Shown: piece after piece, positions 1 through 9,847 of the stretch
Position numbering within the stretch: position 1 is the first letter of the stretch
How the letters are laid out: each line of letters starts with the position of its first letter
Source: Candidatus Cloacimonadaceae bacterium
GTDB lineage: Bacteria; Cloacimonadota; Cloacimonadia; Cloacimonadales; Cloacimonadaceae
Direction: 5' to 3'
Assembly: GCA_963667535.2 (NCBI GenBank)
Contig: CAXXDU010000002.1
Location: 655,243 to 719,242 of the forward strand
Length of the DNA: 64,000 nt
Translations under genes and position numbers: made by a program
Notes under the pieces: generated by a model
The model's input: only the letters and a program-made list of their open reading frames with translations
The model's database searches: none
Told to the model about the DNA's origin: nothing

Positions 1-738
1 AATAATACTGGCTGCTGCTACAGCAATATCGCTTTCTCCATCGGGACGCTCTATAATTGACATATCAGGATGCAGCTTTTTGAGCATCTGACTGGCTTTT
101 TTTGTAGGACTGAACTGGTCTATGAACACTCCATCGGGAGCAGGATGCCGTTTAATCAGGTTATCCAGAACCTTGGCATGTGCCCATGCCATCAGGTCAT
201 TGAGATTCTTGTGCTGAGCTGAGAAATTGGCATAAAGTTCATTATATTTCTGAGGTTTTAAAATCAGACATTCAATACTTTCGGGAAAAGCTTGATAAAG
301 CCCTTTGGCAACTTCCAGAATCTGTTCTTTTCTCAGCTTCTTACTATCACAGACACCCAGCTTAATCAGTTTATCTTTATCCTTGCTATCCAGGTGGAAA
401 CCACAAACAATCAAGGGTCCGAAGAAATCACCTTTACCGCATTCATCACTGCCAATCCAGGTATGCCAGTTATGCATGGCAATCTGCGGTTCAGAGACAG
501 TCTTTATCCCCAGACAGCTTGCCAGCTTAGCTTTGAGGATATGGTTTTTAGAGCCATTGATGACAGTAGAAATGCCTTTCTTTTCTGAAAAATAAACATT
601 GAGCAGGATTGTATCGCTCCCACCTGTAAATTCAAGCTGAACACCATAGGCAATATCTTTCTCATTAGTAAGTAGTAATCCTGCTTTGCTGCATACGGGT
701 AAAAGGTCAGACAGATAGGCTTGAACGACTTTATGCAT
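1..738 (-). CDS. rnhC: Ribonuclease HIII (start inside window, C-terminus runs off the left edge)
   Basis: Not in the ORF track because it is open at the edge. My reverse-strand translation from ATG 738-736 reads MHKVVQAYLSDLLPVCSKAGLLLTNE... and later ...AMHNWHTWIGSDECGKGDFFGPLIVCGF. This is the GSDE.GKGD.FGP catalytic motif after an ~80-aa N-terminal domain, as in RNase HIII. Confidence 0.75.
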   Translation of the reverse strand, partial: MHKVVQAYLSDLLPVCSKAGLLLTNEKDIAYGVQLEFTGGSDTILLNVYFSEKKGISTVINGSKNHILKAKLASCLGIKTVSEPQIAMHNWHTWIGSDECGKGDFFGPLIVCGFHLDSKDKDKLIKLGVCDSKKLRKEQILEVAKGLYQAFPESIECLILKPQKYNELYANFSAQHKNLNDLMAWAHAKVLDNLIKRHPAPDGVFIDQFSPTKKASQMLKKLHPDMSIIERPDGESDIAVAAASII

Positions 739-760
739 TTATACTCCAGTTATTCTTTTT

Positions 761-943
761 CACCACAAAGGCACGAAGACACAAAGGTTTAATAGGTAAT
801 TTATATGCGTAATCCGTGCGAGAATTCTTTCAAAACAGCATGGATTCCTGCCTGCGCAGGAATGACACCGTTTCACCTTATCACCGTTCCACTGTTTCAC
901 CGTTCCACTATTTCACCGTTCCACTTCTTTGTGTCTTTGTGGT
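761..943. repeat. Composite intergenic repeat: inverted ACCACAAAG..ACACAAAGG arms around a hairpin and an 8-nt periodic array
   Basis: Left arm 761-787 CACCACAAAGGCACGAAGACACAAAGG and right arm 927-943 CTTTGTGTCTTTGTGGT (inverted). Hairpin ATTCCTGC-CTGC-GCAGGAAT at 844-863. About 7 x 8-nt units TTYCACYG at 871-926. A sister copy of the hairpin plus array lies at 38728-38840. Confidence 0.7.
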
Positions 944-1023
944 AAAAAATAACATCACTCTTGACACAAAAGTCGAGTAGATTATCATCATATTCAACGA
1001 ATAATCAAATGGGAGAGTTGTCA

Positions 1024-2772
1024 ATGATTACAGTCTATATAAACAACAAAGCAGTCTCTGTCACGAAAGGTACTAAGGTTTTGCATGCTGCAGCCAAAGC
1101 CGGATTTCCGGTTCCGCATCTGTGTTATCATGAAGATTTACCGGCTTTTGGTAATTGTGGAGTGTGTGTTGTCGAAATCGCGGGCAGAATAGTCAGAGCT
1201 TGTTCCACTCCTTGCGAAGATGGCATGAAAGTCACTACCTGCTCCAAAAAACTACTGGACTTACGCCGTGAAGCAGTGGAAATCATTCTATCCCAACATC
1301 CCAATAACTGCCCGGAATGCATCAAAAACGGACGTTGTGAACTGCAATCTTTAGCCCAACAACTGGCGATAAGACATCTTCCACTTAAGAAGATACATAA
1401 GAAATTTAAAGGACAGGATACTTCCTCGCCTTCCATAACGCTAGACCAGACCTATTGCATTCAATGCGGACGCTGTGTCTATGTCTGCCAGGAAATCCAG
1501 GCTGTTAATGCTCTGGAAAACAGCGACCGAGGCTTCAATACCTTTGTCGGTCCCACCTTTCACAGACCCTTGGAAGAGAGTGAATGCGTCAAATGCGGTC
1601 AGTGCAGCGCTCATTGTCCTGTTGCTGCTATCTATGAAGTGGATGATTCAGATCAGGTGTGGGAAGCACTTTATGACCCCAACAAAGTTGTGGTTGCACA
1701 GGAAGCGCCTGCTGTTCGTGTTGCTCTGGGTGAGGAATTTGGCTATAAGGTCGGCACTAATGTAGTTGGTAAGATGTACACAGCTCTGCGCGATATGGGC
1801 TTTAAGTATGTCTTTGATACCAATTTCGGAGCAGACCTGACCATTATGGAAGAAGCAAGCGAATTTGTGGAAATCTTTAAGCATCGTCCTGAGGAGTTTC
1901 CATTGATTACAACCTGCTGCCCCAGTTGGGTTGATTACCTGGAGAAGTTTTATCATGATTTGATACCGCATTTCTCCAGCGCCAAGAGTCCGCATCAGAT
2001 GGTGGGCACCATGGTCAAGACCTATTGGGCGGAAAAGATGAAGATAGACCCCAAGAGTATCTATCTGGTATCTGTGATGCCCTGCACTGCCAAGAAATAT
2101 GAGATTGAGCGCATGGACGATATGTATGCCAGCGGAAAGCAGGATGTGGACGTTACTATCACCACACGTGAACTGGCCCGTATGCTCAAAACCAGAGGTA
2201 TTGAGCTAAGTGCTATTCCTGACGGAGTAGCAGATAATCCTTTGGGCGAATACTCCGGAGCAGGCACAATCTTCGGCGCTACCGGTGGTGTGATGGAAGC
2301 AGCGCTCAGAACAGCCTATAAACTTATCACGAATACAGAATTGCCTAACCCGAATATTGAATTTCTCAGAGGCTATAAAGGCATCAAGACGGGTGAACTC
2401 ACAATCAATGGAAAGACTATCCGTATAGCTGTGGCTTCCGGACTTGCCAATGTGCAGCATTTAATGGATGAAATACGTGCAGCCAAAGCTGCAGGAAAAG
2501 AGACACCTTATCACTTTATCGAAGTTATGGCTTGCAGAGGTGGTTGCGTAGGTGGAGGCGGACAACCTTACCGCAGTACTGCCAAAGTCAGAATCGCCCG
2601 TGCCAAAGGACTTTATAAAGAAGATATCGGCATGCCACACCGCGAGTCACATAATAATCCTTCCATCCAAAAGCTCTATAAAGAATATCTGGGTGCGCCA
2701 CTATCTCCTAAAGCTAAGAAGCTGTTGCATACCAGCTATAAAGCCAGACCTATGCAAATGCGGAAGGTGTAA
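1024..2772 (+). CDS. hydA: [FeFe]-hydrogenase catalytic subunit (2Fe-2S and 4Fe-4S N-terminal domains plus H-cluster domain)
   Basis: H-cluster signatures TTCCPSWV, MPCTAKKYE and EVMACRGGCVGGGGQP. Ferredoxin-like Cys clusters CIQCGRCVYVC and CVKCGQCSAHCP. The track ORF starts at TTG 961; ATG 1024 (MITVYINNK) follows GGGAGAG and is preferred. Confidence 0.9.
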   Translation: MITVYINNKAVSVTKGTKVLHAAAKAGFPVPHLCYHEDLPAFGNCGVCVVEIAGRIVRACSTPCEDGMKVTTCSKKLLDLRREAVEIILSQHPNNCPECIKNGRCELQSLAQQLAIRHLPLKKIHKKFKGQDTSSPSITLDQTYCIQCGRCVYVCQEIQAVNALENSDRGFNTFVGPTFHRPLEESECVKCGQCSAHCPVAAIYEVDDSDQVWEALYDPNKVVVAQEAPAVRVALGEEFGYKVGTNVVGKMYTALRDMGFKYVFDTNFGADLTIMEEASEFVEIFKHRPEEFPLITTCCPSWVDYLEKFYHDLIPHFSSAKSPHQMVGTMVKTYWAEKMKIDPKSIYLVSVMPCTAKKYEIERMDDMYASGKQDVDVTITTRELARMLKTRGIELSAIPDGVADNPLGEYSGAGTIFGATGGVMEAALRTAYKLITNTELPNPNIEFLRGYKGIKTGELTINGKTIRIAVASGLANVQHLMDEIRAAKAAGKETPYHFIEVMACRGGCVGGGGQPYRSTAKVRIARAKGLYKEDIGMPHRESHNNPSIQKLYKEYLGAPLSPKAKKLLHTSYKARPMQMRKV

Positions 2773-2782
2773 AACAGTATTT

Positions 2783-2820
2783 AACCACGAAATACTCGGA
2801 TACCACAGAGACACAGAGGA
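2783..2820. repeat. 9-nt periodic repeat module starting 10 nt after the hydA stop
   Basis: AACCACGAA ATACTCGGA TACCACAGA GACACAGAG. Same family as the modules at 39431, 40343 and 41330. Confidence 0.6.
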
Positions 2821-2832
2821 TAAGATAGAATA

Positions 2833-3228
2833 GTGAAAGAGATACTTCGGAAGATGATTACTGACTCATCCGGGTCGGGCAGGCGGGTTCATATCTTAAA
2901 GTTATGGGGCGGTTTGTTAATCTGGATTTGTGGAACACTTGCCTTCTTTACAGCGAATTACATTTACCTGAAGTTAAAATGCATGATATTCCATATCAGA
3001 TCCTGGGATTGGAATTATGTTGGTTTTACTGATTTGAATTATTATATGTGGTTCGGAGTCCTGCTTCTCCTCTCCTTATACCAGATGTTTCTTTACAAAT
3101 GGAAAAAGTCCTTTGGGAGTATATTCTGGAGGTGTGTTTTTATTGCTTTACAGATTTTTGTAAGTGCTGTATTTACTTTTTTTGTTTATGTGATTTTTTT
3201 ATGTACAGCTGATTATCAGATTATGTAA
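2833..3228 (+). CDS. Hypothetical small membrane protein
   Basis: 131-aa ORF with a GTG start and 3-4 hydrophobic segments. No recognisable motif, so it could be spurious. Confidence 0.3.
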   Translation: MKEILRKMITDSSGSGRRVHILKLWGGLLIWICGTLAFFTANYIYLKLKCMIFHIRSWDWNYVGFTDLNYYMWFGVLLLLSLYQMFLYKWKKSFGSIFWRCVFIALQIFVSAVFTFFVYVIFLCTADYQIM

Positions 3229-3410
3229 CAAATGATACTACACTGAGTTTCCCACTGCAATACAGTTCTACTTAAGTTGCCCTTAAATTGTGTTTAATAG
3301 CTGTATGGTATACCCCTGGACTTCCCTTAGACCACTAACTAAGGAACTCGGCAGCAGCGTGCCTACAGCAAGCATAGATTCAGCAAGGGCAATTATGGGT
3401 TATCTTATGC

Positions 3411-3557
3411 ATGTAGTTCTGCATTTAAAAAACTGTGTGAAAATACCAAAAGAAGAGCATTGCCGGAGTTCAATTTGCCCTATTTAGCTTTCAGCATACA
3501 TCTTAGTGATTGGGCAAATCGGACTTCGGAATGCGTTATCTTTAAATGTTTTAGCTG
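3411..3557. repeat. Truncated copy of the 33860-34168 element
   Basis: 3434-3557 aligns over 124 nt with 33933-34056 at roughly 90 % identity by eye. 3411-3427 ATGTAGTTCTGCATTTA matches the element termini. Confidence 0.7.
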
Positions 3558-3610
3558 CATTCATATTTCCAATCTGCAACGCTCTTTAGTCCCAACGGGA
3601 CGTCACATGG

Positions 3611-3761
3611 TAACGACGGGCTTTAGCCCGGCGAAAGGCATCTCCCTCTACTTTTAGTCCCATCGGGACGGAACATTTCAGTATCAGATAAGATGCTTTA
3701 ATGTATCGTACCTACGGCACTCGATTTTGTGGGATATGCGCCGGGCTAAAGCCCGTCGTTA
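3611..3761. repeat. 23-bp perfect inverted repeat pair flanking 105 bp
   Basis: TAACGACGGGCTTTAGCCCGGCG at 3611-3633 and its exact reverse complement at 3739-3761. Each arm is itself hairpin-forming (CGGGC-TTTA-GCCCG). Nearby hairpins GTCCC-NNN-GGGAC at about 3589 and 3658. Confidence 0.7.
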
Positions 3762-3977
3762 ATACGTTTCATCCCTCCGGGATTAACGTATAGATGCTCT
3801 TAGCTGATTATTACATACTTATTCTATCTCTATCTTCTTCCTCTTCAACTTTCTCTTTCTCTATCATTGCTTGCTTATTATCCCATGTTAATCCCCTGTT
3901 TATACCTTAACTGACCAGAGGATTTTTCAAAGACTCTTAAGAGAATCTACAGGAAGTCATCGGGGACTAAACTTCCT

Positions 3978-4010
3978 GCAGACTCCCTGCAGACTCCCTG
4001 ATGACTCCCT
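3978..4010. repeat. 11-bp tandem repeat x3
   Basis: GCAGACTCCCT, GCAGACTCCCT, GATGACTCCCT. Related array at 50181-50224; both are preceded by CTCTTAAGA. Confidence 0.8.
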
Positions 4011-4237
4011 GCGTCAAACACAACACATATGGGGAACATAAGAGCAAGAAAAGGGACACTTGGCAGAATGCGATAATAGTTGATATTTATGTTGACTTCG
4101 TTTTTAGGATAGGTTTATTTGAAAATATAAGCAACGTTAAGGAAGTATTCTTGGGTCAGATGTATGCTGAATTATCTTTGGCAGATTGTTTATGGCATGC
4201 ACGTATTTCTTTTCGCTTAGTGCATGGAGGTAATGAT

Positions 4238-5857
4238 ATGAAATTACTCAGGTCTATGGCATTAGCTTTCACTCTGTTATGCCCATATCTTTTATTAAGC
4301 CAGACTCCTTTGCAGGAAATATCCCGGATTACGTATCCCAATAACTGTAATTTTATTCCCAATATAATAGCTAACGGAGATATTAATGGAGATGGTCATC
4401 CTGATTTGATTTATTCTGTGGTAGATAATAATATTGCAGGTGGTGGGTATGCCCAAATCTATATCTATCACAATATCCCCGATAGCACGACCCAGCCTGA
4501 CCAGATATTGACTCCTCCCAGTAATCTTTATGGGTGGTATGGATTTGCAGTATCTTATGGCGGAGATTTGAACGGTGACGGGATAGACGACCTGGTCGTA
4601 GGTTCATCAAACTATGATATCTGGGCAACAGGCGCTGTATCCATATATTATGGTGGCACAACATTATCTTCCCAACCCGATTTGACTCTGTTTGGTTCAG
4701 ATTATGATGATTTTGATGATACCTGTTTACGCTTCGGACAACGTGTTCTTACAGATTGTGACCTGAATGGAGATGGCTATGACGACTTGGTTGTTAATGG
4801 TGATGGTCCTCAGGATTATTGGTTTGGACATGTCTGGGCATTTCTGGGAGGACAGCAGCTCAACACTACCTGTGCCTTCAATAAACGGGGTACCCAATGG
4901 TATGAAGATTTTGGCGAAGGTTTGGCAACCGGAGATATAAATGGGGATGGCAAAGACGACATCATTCTGACCCGAAAAATCAATATTGTCGATCAGGATC
5001 ATTTTGATTATGCCTTAGACATTTTTGCCGGAGGCGATAGCCTTAGCAGTGTACCTGCTTATGAATCTATTATAAGTAATAACAATAACGGGATAGTTAG
5101 GATCCTTGCTAATGGAGACTTGAACGGGGATGGTTATGATGATATTATATATATCCTTTACACTTCTTCAGAAACAAATTTTAATGTAATTTATGGACAG
5201 GGTAACTTAAATTTTTTAACTGTACAATCTTATAACTTTCCGCCTTATGTTTATAAGAAACTGCTTTGCTATTGCAATATGAACTACGACCTGTATTCAG
5301 ATTTTTGTATGTTTCAACTATCAATGACTGAAGGCGGTGCTGAATATGGAAATTTCCTTGTGTTTAAACAAACGAATTCCACACTTGATCTAAACTATAA
5401 TTTTTTTAATTCAGGAGAGACTGTTGCAAGTATATATGGACAAGGCTATTTCCTTGGAGATATGAATTGTGATAGTTATCCGGAGTTCTTTATATTTACT
5501 CATGATTCTTCCATAAACAATTTACCAAATTATGCCAGCATTCTCACAGAGCAATATGTAGGAAATGATGATGAAGTAATGCCTTTGCCCCGAGACAATA
5601 TTTCTATTTACCCTAATCCGTTCAGAGACAAAGTCAATATTGCTTTTAATAATAAGAAACACAATGCTTGTTATAATGTCAATGTGTACGATATCAAGGG
5701 CAGAAGAGTGTTTACCCAACAAGGAATTCGATCAGACAAATTCATCTGGAATCAGGATTCAAATCTGAGTAACAAACTTAGTAACGGAATTTATCTAGTT
5801 ACCATCTCAGAAAACAACCGAATTATCAAAACATCAAAATTGATGCATATAAAGTAA
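4238..5857 (+). CDS. FG-GAP/VCBS-repeat secreted protein with T9SS C-terminal sorting domain
   Basis: Signal peptide MKLLRSMALAFTLLCPYLLLSQ after GGAGG. Repeated DxNGDGxxD Ca-binding FG-GAP motifs (DINGDGHPD, DLNGDGIDD, DLNGDGYDD, DINGDGKDD). C-terminus IYPNPFRDKVNI...VYDIKGRRV...SNGIYLVT. Track start 4001 rejected. Confidence 0.8.
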   Translation: MKLLRSMALAFTLLCPYLLLSQTPLQEISRITYPNNCNFIPNIIANGDINGDGHPDLIYSVVDNNIAGGGYAQIYIYHNIPDSTTQPDQILTPPSNLYGWYGFAVSYGGDLNGDGIDDLVVGSSNYDIWATGAVSIYYGGTTLSSQPDLTLFGSDYDDFDDTCLRFGQRVLTDCDLNGDGYDDLVVNGDGPQDYWFGHVWAFLGGQQLNTTCAFNKRGTQWYEDFGEGLATGDINGDGKDDIILTRKINIVDQDHFDYALDIFAGGDSLSSVPAYESIISNNNNGIVRILANGDLNGDGYDDIIYILYTSSETNFNVIYGQGNLNFLTVQSYNFPPYVYKKLLCYCNMNYDLYSDFCMFQLSMTEGGAEYGNFLVFKQTNSTLDLNYNFFNSGETVASIYGQGYFLGDMNCDSYPEFFIFTHDSSINNLPNYASILTEQYVGNDDEVMPLPRDNISIYPNPFRDKVNIAFNNKKHNACYNVNVYDIKGRRVFTQQGIRSDKFIWNQDSNLSNKLSNGIYLVTISENNRIIKTSKLMHIK

Positions 5858-5952
5858 TGTAGGGAGGACTATAAACTCACAACTCCGGAAAGAGTCATAA
5901 CCAATAAGATGATAATGTTTAAATAGACTAAGGAAAATACTAGTATAAAGGA

Positions 5953-5984
5953 AAGGATACAGCTTTGACTGTATCCTTTTTTTT
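5953..5984 (+). terminator. Rho-independent terminator
   Basis: AAGGATACAG-CTTTGA-CTGTATCCTT followed by T-run. Confidence 0.8.
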
Positions 5985-6184
5985 GTATGTAACAGTATCA
6001 AACAAAAAAAGATGTTTAAGTTATTAATTTCTGTATTTTTCGAGGTATTTTAACAAGTTGGTCACCTGAGGCAAGTAACCTACAACACGTAGGATAGACG
6101 CCTCGTCTGTCCAAACGTATTTAGCAAACAAGCGTCAGCAATCATGGTCACCTGAGGCAGGTAACCTGCGATTCAAATTGAGGT

Positions 6185-6225
6185 AAAAAAATAAACAGCG
6201 CACAATAGATATAATGCGCTGTTTA
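6185..6225 (-). terminator. Rho-independent terminator (minus strand)
   Basis: 11-bp stem TAAACAGCGCA / TGCGCTGTTTA with an A7 run on the plus strand (U-run on minus), 24 nt past the stop of 6249-6896. Confidence 0.75.
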
Positions 6226-6248
6226 TCGGAAGTCAAACACTGTATAGT

Positions 6249-6896
6249 TTACTTGAAATAGTAGTAAAAACCTACCTGTGGGATATACATGATAAACTCA
6301 TCATCACCAGTGTAGGTGACGGGTAATTCCAGAGCAAGCTTGAAGTATCTTCCAGCTTGTAATTCAACGCCTGGTCCTATCCCGATATTACAGTATGAGC
6401 GAACTTTATGGGTGGTGTAAATTGGTTCATTGGGGTAGTAATAGCTTGTTCCGTATTCAGTGTGGTCATAATCATAATATTGGCTGAAAATCTTTTGGTC
6501 GGAGTATTTCCAATTTGCTCCTGCATGCAGGTAAAACATAGAGTAAGTTGTTTTTCTGAGCGGAAGAATTACATTACCGCCTATATTAAAGTTATATTTT
6601 CTGCCTTTTTCTGTGCGTAAGTAGGTCAGAGGAGCCGGAGAATCATAAGTATATGCTGCTTCAGGGAAATTAGTATGATTATCCCCGTCTGTGAGACCAC
6701 CTACAACAAGCTGGAAGCCAAGATCCTTGCCGATGTAGCGGTAAGCATAGCCGTTACCTGATACATTACCAAAGTGAACCCCGAAGCCTTGAGTATATTT
6801 TACATCAGAATCATCTGAGCCGTTTCCCAGGGCAAAAGCATTAACAGTAAACAAAAGCAGACCCATAATGACCAATACATACAATGATTTTCTCAT
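6249..6896 (-). CDS. Putative outer-membrane beta-barrel protein
   Basis: Signal peptide MRKSLYVLVIMGLLLFTVNAFA after GGAGG. Aromatic-rich alternating pattern and C-terminal ...VGFYYYFK. No specific family recognised. Confidence 0.45.
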   Translation of the reverse strand: MRKSLYVLVIMGLLLFTVNAFALGNGSDDSDVKYTQGFGVHFGNVSGNGYAYRYIGKDLGFQLVVGGLTDGDNHTNFPEAAYTYDSPAPLTYLRTEKGRKYNFNIGGNVILPLRKTTYSMFYLHAGANWKYSDQKIFSQYYDYDHTEYGTSYYYPNEPIYTTHKVRSYCNIGIGPGVELQAGRYFKLALELPVTYTGDDEFIMYIPQVGFYYYFK

Positions 6897-7283
6897 TAAT
6901 CCTCCTATTTGAGTGATGTGCATAACAATTATTGGAAAATCCCTTTGTGCATATATAAAACTATCAATAATCATGTCAAATGAAAAAATGCACAGTGCAG
7001 TTTAAAAGACAGGCATCAAGGGGATTAGCAAAGGAAATGTGGTATGGAGTATTTTAGTAGTCGATTTGTATTACTATTGAGACAGGATTATCCAAACGCA
7101 GGATAAAGCTGTTTCCAAATCAGTCTAAAGGTAATAATACAGTGTACTTACTAATGCTTGATTGCAGGACTGCCAATCATGCTAAACATGTGGAAATTTA
7201 TTGACATAAACATGTTGAAAGATTTGTTAGCATGAAAGCAAAGGCTATACTGAATACAGATTACCTGTCCGAAGAGGAAGGAA

Positions 7284-8522
7284 ATGAAAAGATATTTTAT
7301 TCTATCACTGTTATTGATAACCGGGCTATTATCAGCCAAGACGCTTACATTGCAAAACCTGCTTGAAGCAGGGATGAATAATTCTTACAGCATCAGGCAG
7401 AAAGAAATTCTGCTCAAGAATGCAAATCTGAGTGTCCGCTCTGCTGCCTGGGATTTGATGCCTTCAGCAGATATTTCCGCCAGCCGTACTAACAAAGATG
7501 AAGTTTATACCAATAACGGTTCTATCGTGATTTCCAAGTCTGTGGCGATAAATGACCCCACTTTCTTTAACTATTGGCAGGCAAAAATGGACAAGACAAT
7601 TGCTATACTTGACCAACAGCAAGCCAGAAAGGAACTTGTCTATGCCATTTATTCCGCCTGGCTGGATATTAATCAAACCAGAAAAGAGATAACTATCAGG
7701 ACTGAAAACCTGAGCGTCTTACAGAAAATCAAAGAACAGACAGTCCTGCAAAAACAACTGGGTAATCGTACAGCTTTTGACGTCAGCCAAAATGATATCA
7801 ACGTCATCAATGCACAATTGGCAATTGCTGAACTGACAAACAAATTAGCAAAGCAGAGAGCAGACCTGTTTAATCAATTGAAGCTACAGGATAATGGCGA
7901 GGAAATTGAAAGCTCTCCTGAGGTTACCGCTGAATTGAGCCTTGATTTTACCAGACCTAAGACAGAATCATTTCCTTTAATGAAGCTGAAAGAGGATATG
8001 TATAAGACTCAGCTTGATAAGGTTCAGCAGAAATCAAGACTATTCCCTTCCTTGGTCTTTTCAGGAAATTATAATCAGCATTCTGTGAATAATGATATCC
8101 TTAAGTTTGGTGATTATGAAGACAGTTATACGCTTTCTGCCGGACTGAGCTGGTCGTTGTGGTCACCCTGGACCAAAGGCAGCAGCTATGCTCAAATGAA
8201 AAACAGCCTGCTGCTCAAACAATGGCAATATGAAGAAGGCATTGCAACACTTTCTCTTGACCAATCCAATCTGCAAAGAGAGTGGACATATTTACAGGAA
8301 ACATTAAATCTAAATACCAGAAAGGCAAAACAAGCAAAAGACAATCTGTTGATTGCAACAGAAAAATACAATTTAGGCACTTTAAGCCTGATTGAACTTG
8401 AGCAAGCCAGGGTAAATTCTCTGGACGCAGATTTGGCAGTAAATACGATTACTTATCAAATGCAAAAGAAAATTCAGGAATGGAATCTGCTGAATTCAAA
8501 ACTGGTTCTGGATAGATATTAA
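7284..8522 (+). CDS. TolC-family outer membrane efflux protein
   Basis: 412 aa with a signal peptide. Two-fold coiled-coil-rich pattern typical of outer membrane factor proteins (LTLQNLLEAGMNNSYSIRQ...; ...LGTLSLIELEQARVN). Confidence 0.7.
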   Translation: MKRYFILSLLLITGLLSAKTLTLQNLLEAGMNNSYSIRQKEILLKNANLSVRSAAWDLMPSADISASRTNKDEVYTNNGSIVISKSVAINDPTFFNYWQAKMDKTIAILDQQQARKELVYAIYSAWLDINQTRKEITIRTENLSVLQKIKEQTVLQKQLGNRTAFDVSQNDINVINAQLAIAELTNKLAKQRADLFNQLKLQDNGEEIESSPEVTAELSLDFTRPKTESFPLMKLKEDMYKTQLDKVQQKSRLFPSLVFSGNYNQHSVNNDILKFGDYEDSYTLSAGLSWSLWSPWTKGSSYAQMKNSLLLKQWQYEEGIATLSLDQSNLQREWTYLQETLNLNTRKAKQAKDNLLIATEKYNLGTLSLIELEQARVNSLDADLAVNTITYQMQKKIQEWNLLNSKLVLDRY

Positions 8523-8543
8523 TCAACTTAGTCTGAGGTGGGG

Positions 8544-9746
8544 ATGCGAAAAAAGATTTGGATAATCATAATCATTGTACTGCTTTTAATAGTAGTAGGT
8601 GTTGTTGTAAAAAGTTGCAAAAGCAAGGCTAAAGCAAAGGCAAATCCTGTAGCTATGCAGGAAAGTTATACCGTAGTACGTGGCAAAATTGAATCCAAAA
8701 TAGAAATAACCGGTGAAATCCAACCTCAAACTACAGTTCAAATCAAAAGCAAAGTATCCGGGAAAGTAGTAAAATTTTATGCTGACGAAAATGACTATGT
8801 TAAGACAGGGCAAATCATAGCCGATATTGAGCCTGATTACAACCAGGCAAGTACACTGGCAAGTGTACGCTCCAGACTCAAGACCTCAGAAATCAGATTG
8901 AAAAATGCTGAAAAAGATGTTACCGATAAAACTCAGATGGTAGCGCAGAATTATATTTCACAGAAAGAAGCTGACCTTGCTAAGGATGAACTCGAATCAG
9001 CCAGATTGGAACATCAGCAGGCTTTGCAGCAATATGAACTGGTAAAAGAGCTGGATACAGGCAGTAAAGTCACTCATGTCTATGCCACAGCTTCGGGAAC
9101 TGTTATTCTGAGAGCAATCCAGGAAGGAGAGATGATTGTTTCATCCAATACTTCCTATGGAGAAGGCAGTGTTATTATGAAAGTGGCAGATCTGAGCCGG
9201 ATGATAGTCAAATCCAATATAAATGAAGTGGATATAGCCAAGTTTAAGACAGGACAGGCTGCTACCATCAAAGTGGATGCTTTGCCTTATGAGGAATTTA
9301 CCGGTAAGATTACCAAGATTGCTCCCATGGCTATAGTCGATAATAACGTGCGTGTCTTCCCGGTTGAAATCAGTTTCGGAAAGACCAGCACTCAGCTCAA
9401 ACCCGGCATGACGGGTAACGTATCCATTCTGGGCGAAACCAAGAATAATGTTTTGATTATTCCTATCAGAGCAGTCTTCACTGATGATAAAAACCAGGAT
9501 GTTGTATATCTGAACAAGCCTGAAGCTGCAAAATCTACTACAACTGCAAAAGCTACAAAGAATACAGCTACTTCCAAAGCAGTAAGTGGAACAGCTATTG
9601 CACAACCAACTGCTACACCGGTTAAACTGGGTAGCAATGACCTTCAGATGGTGGAAGTGGTGCAAGGTTTGAAGGAAGGGGATAAAATTTCTTTGACAGA
9701 ACCGGCAGGGAAAGCCAATACTAGTATGAACTTTCAGGAGTTTTAA
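8544..9746 (+). CDS. HlyD/membrane-fusion (periplasmic adaptor) protein
   Basis: N-terminal TM, biotinyl-lipoyl-like segment (SGKVVKFYADENDYVKTGQIIADIEP), long coiled coil and beta-barrel segment. ATG 8544 preferred over GTG 8538. Confidence 0.8.
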   Translation: MRKKIWIIIIIVLLLIVVGVVVKSCKSKAKAKANPVAMQESYTVVRGKIESKIEITGEIQPQTTVQIKSKVSGKVVKFYADENDYVKTGQIIADIEPDYNQASTLASVRSRLKTSEIRLKNAEKDVTDKTQMVAQNYISQKEADLAKDELESARLEHQQALQQYELVKELDTGSKVTHVYATASGTVILRAIQEGEMIVSSNTSYGEGSVIMKVADLSRMIVKSNINEVDIAKFKTGQAATIKVDALPYEEFTGKITKIAPMAIVDNNVRVFPVEISFGKTSTQLKPGMTGNVSILGETKNNVLIIPIRAVFTDDKNQDVVYLNKPEAAKSTTTAKATKNTATSKAVSGTAIAQPTATPVKLGSNDLQMVEVVQGLKEGDKISLTEPAGKANTSMNFQEF

Positions 9747-9847
9747 AGCCTTATAAAATATAGGTAACAGAGTGTTTTGTTTGTAGGTAACATAATGTCT
9801 TTTTTATCTTCACACGTATTAAAAAAATAACATATACGGAGAAATGG

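Noticed and set aside
292-595. Plus-strand ORFs 292-588 and 305-595
   Set aside because: They are antisense to the RNase HIII coding sequence, which carries the catalytic motif.
871-926. Possible CRISPR array (also 38762-38840): regularly spaced short repeats
   Set aside because: The period is only 8 nt with no unique spacers, and no cas genes are present. These are microsatellite-like arrays inside dispersed elements.
4001-4237. N-terminal extensions in the ORF track (also 961-1023, 21157-21198, 26944-27060, 29075-29191, 38861-38947, 42269-42349)
   Set aside because: The extensions run through repeat or intergenic DNA and lack an RBS. Internal ATGs preceded by GGAGG-type sites start typical signal peptides or conserved N-termini.
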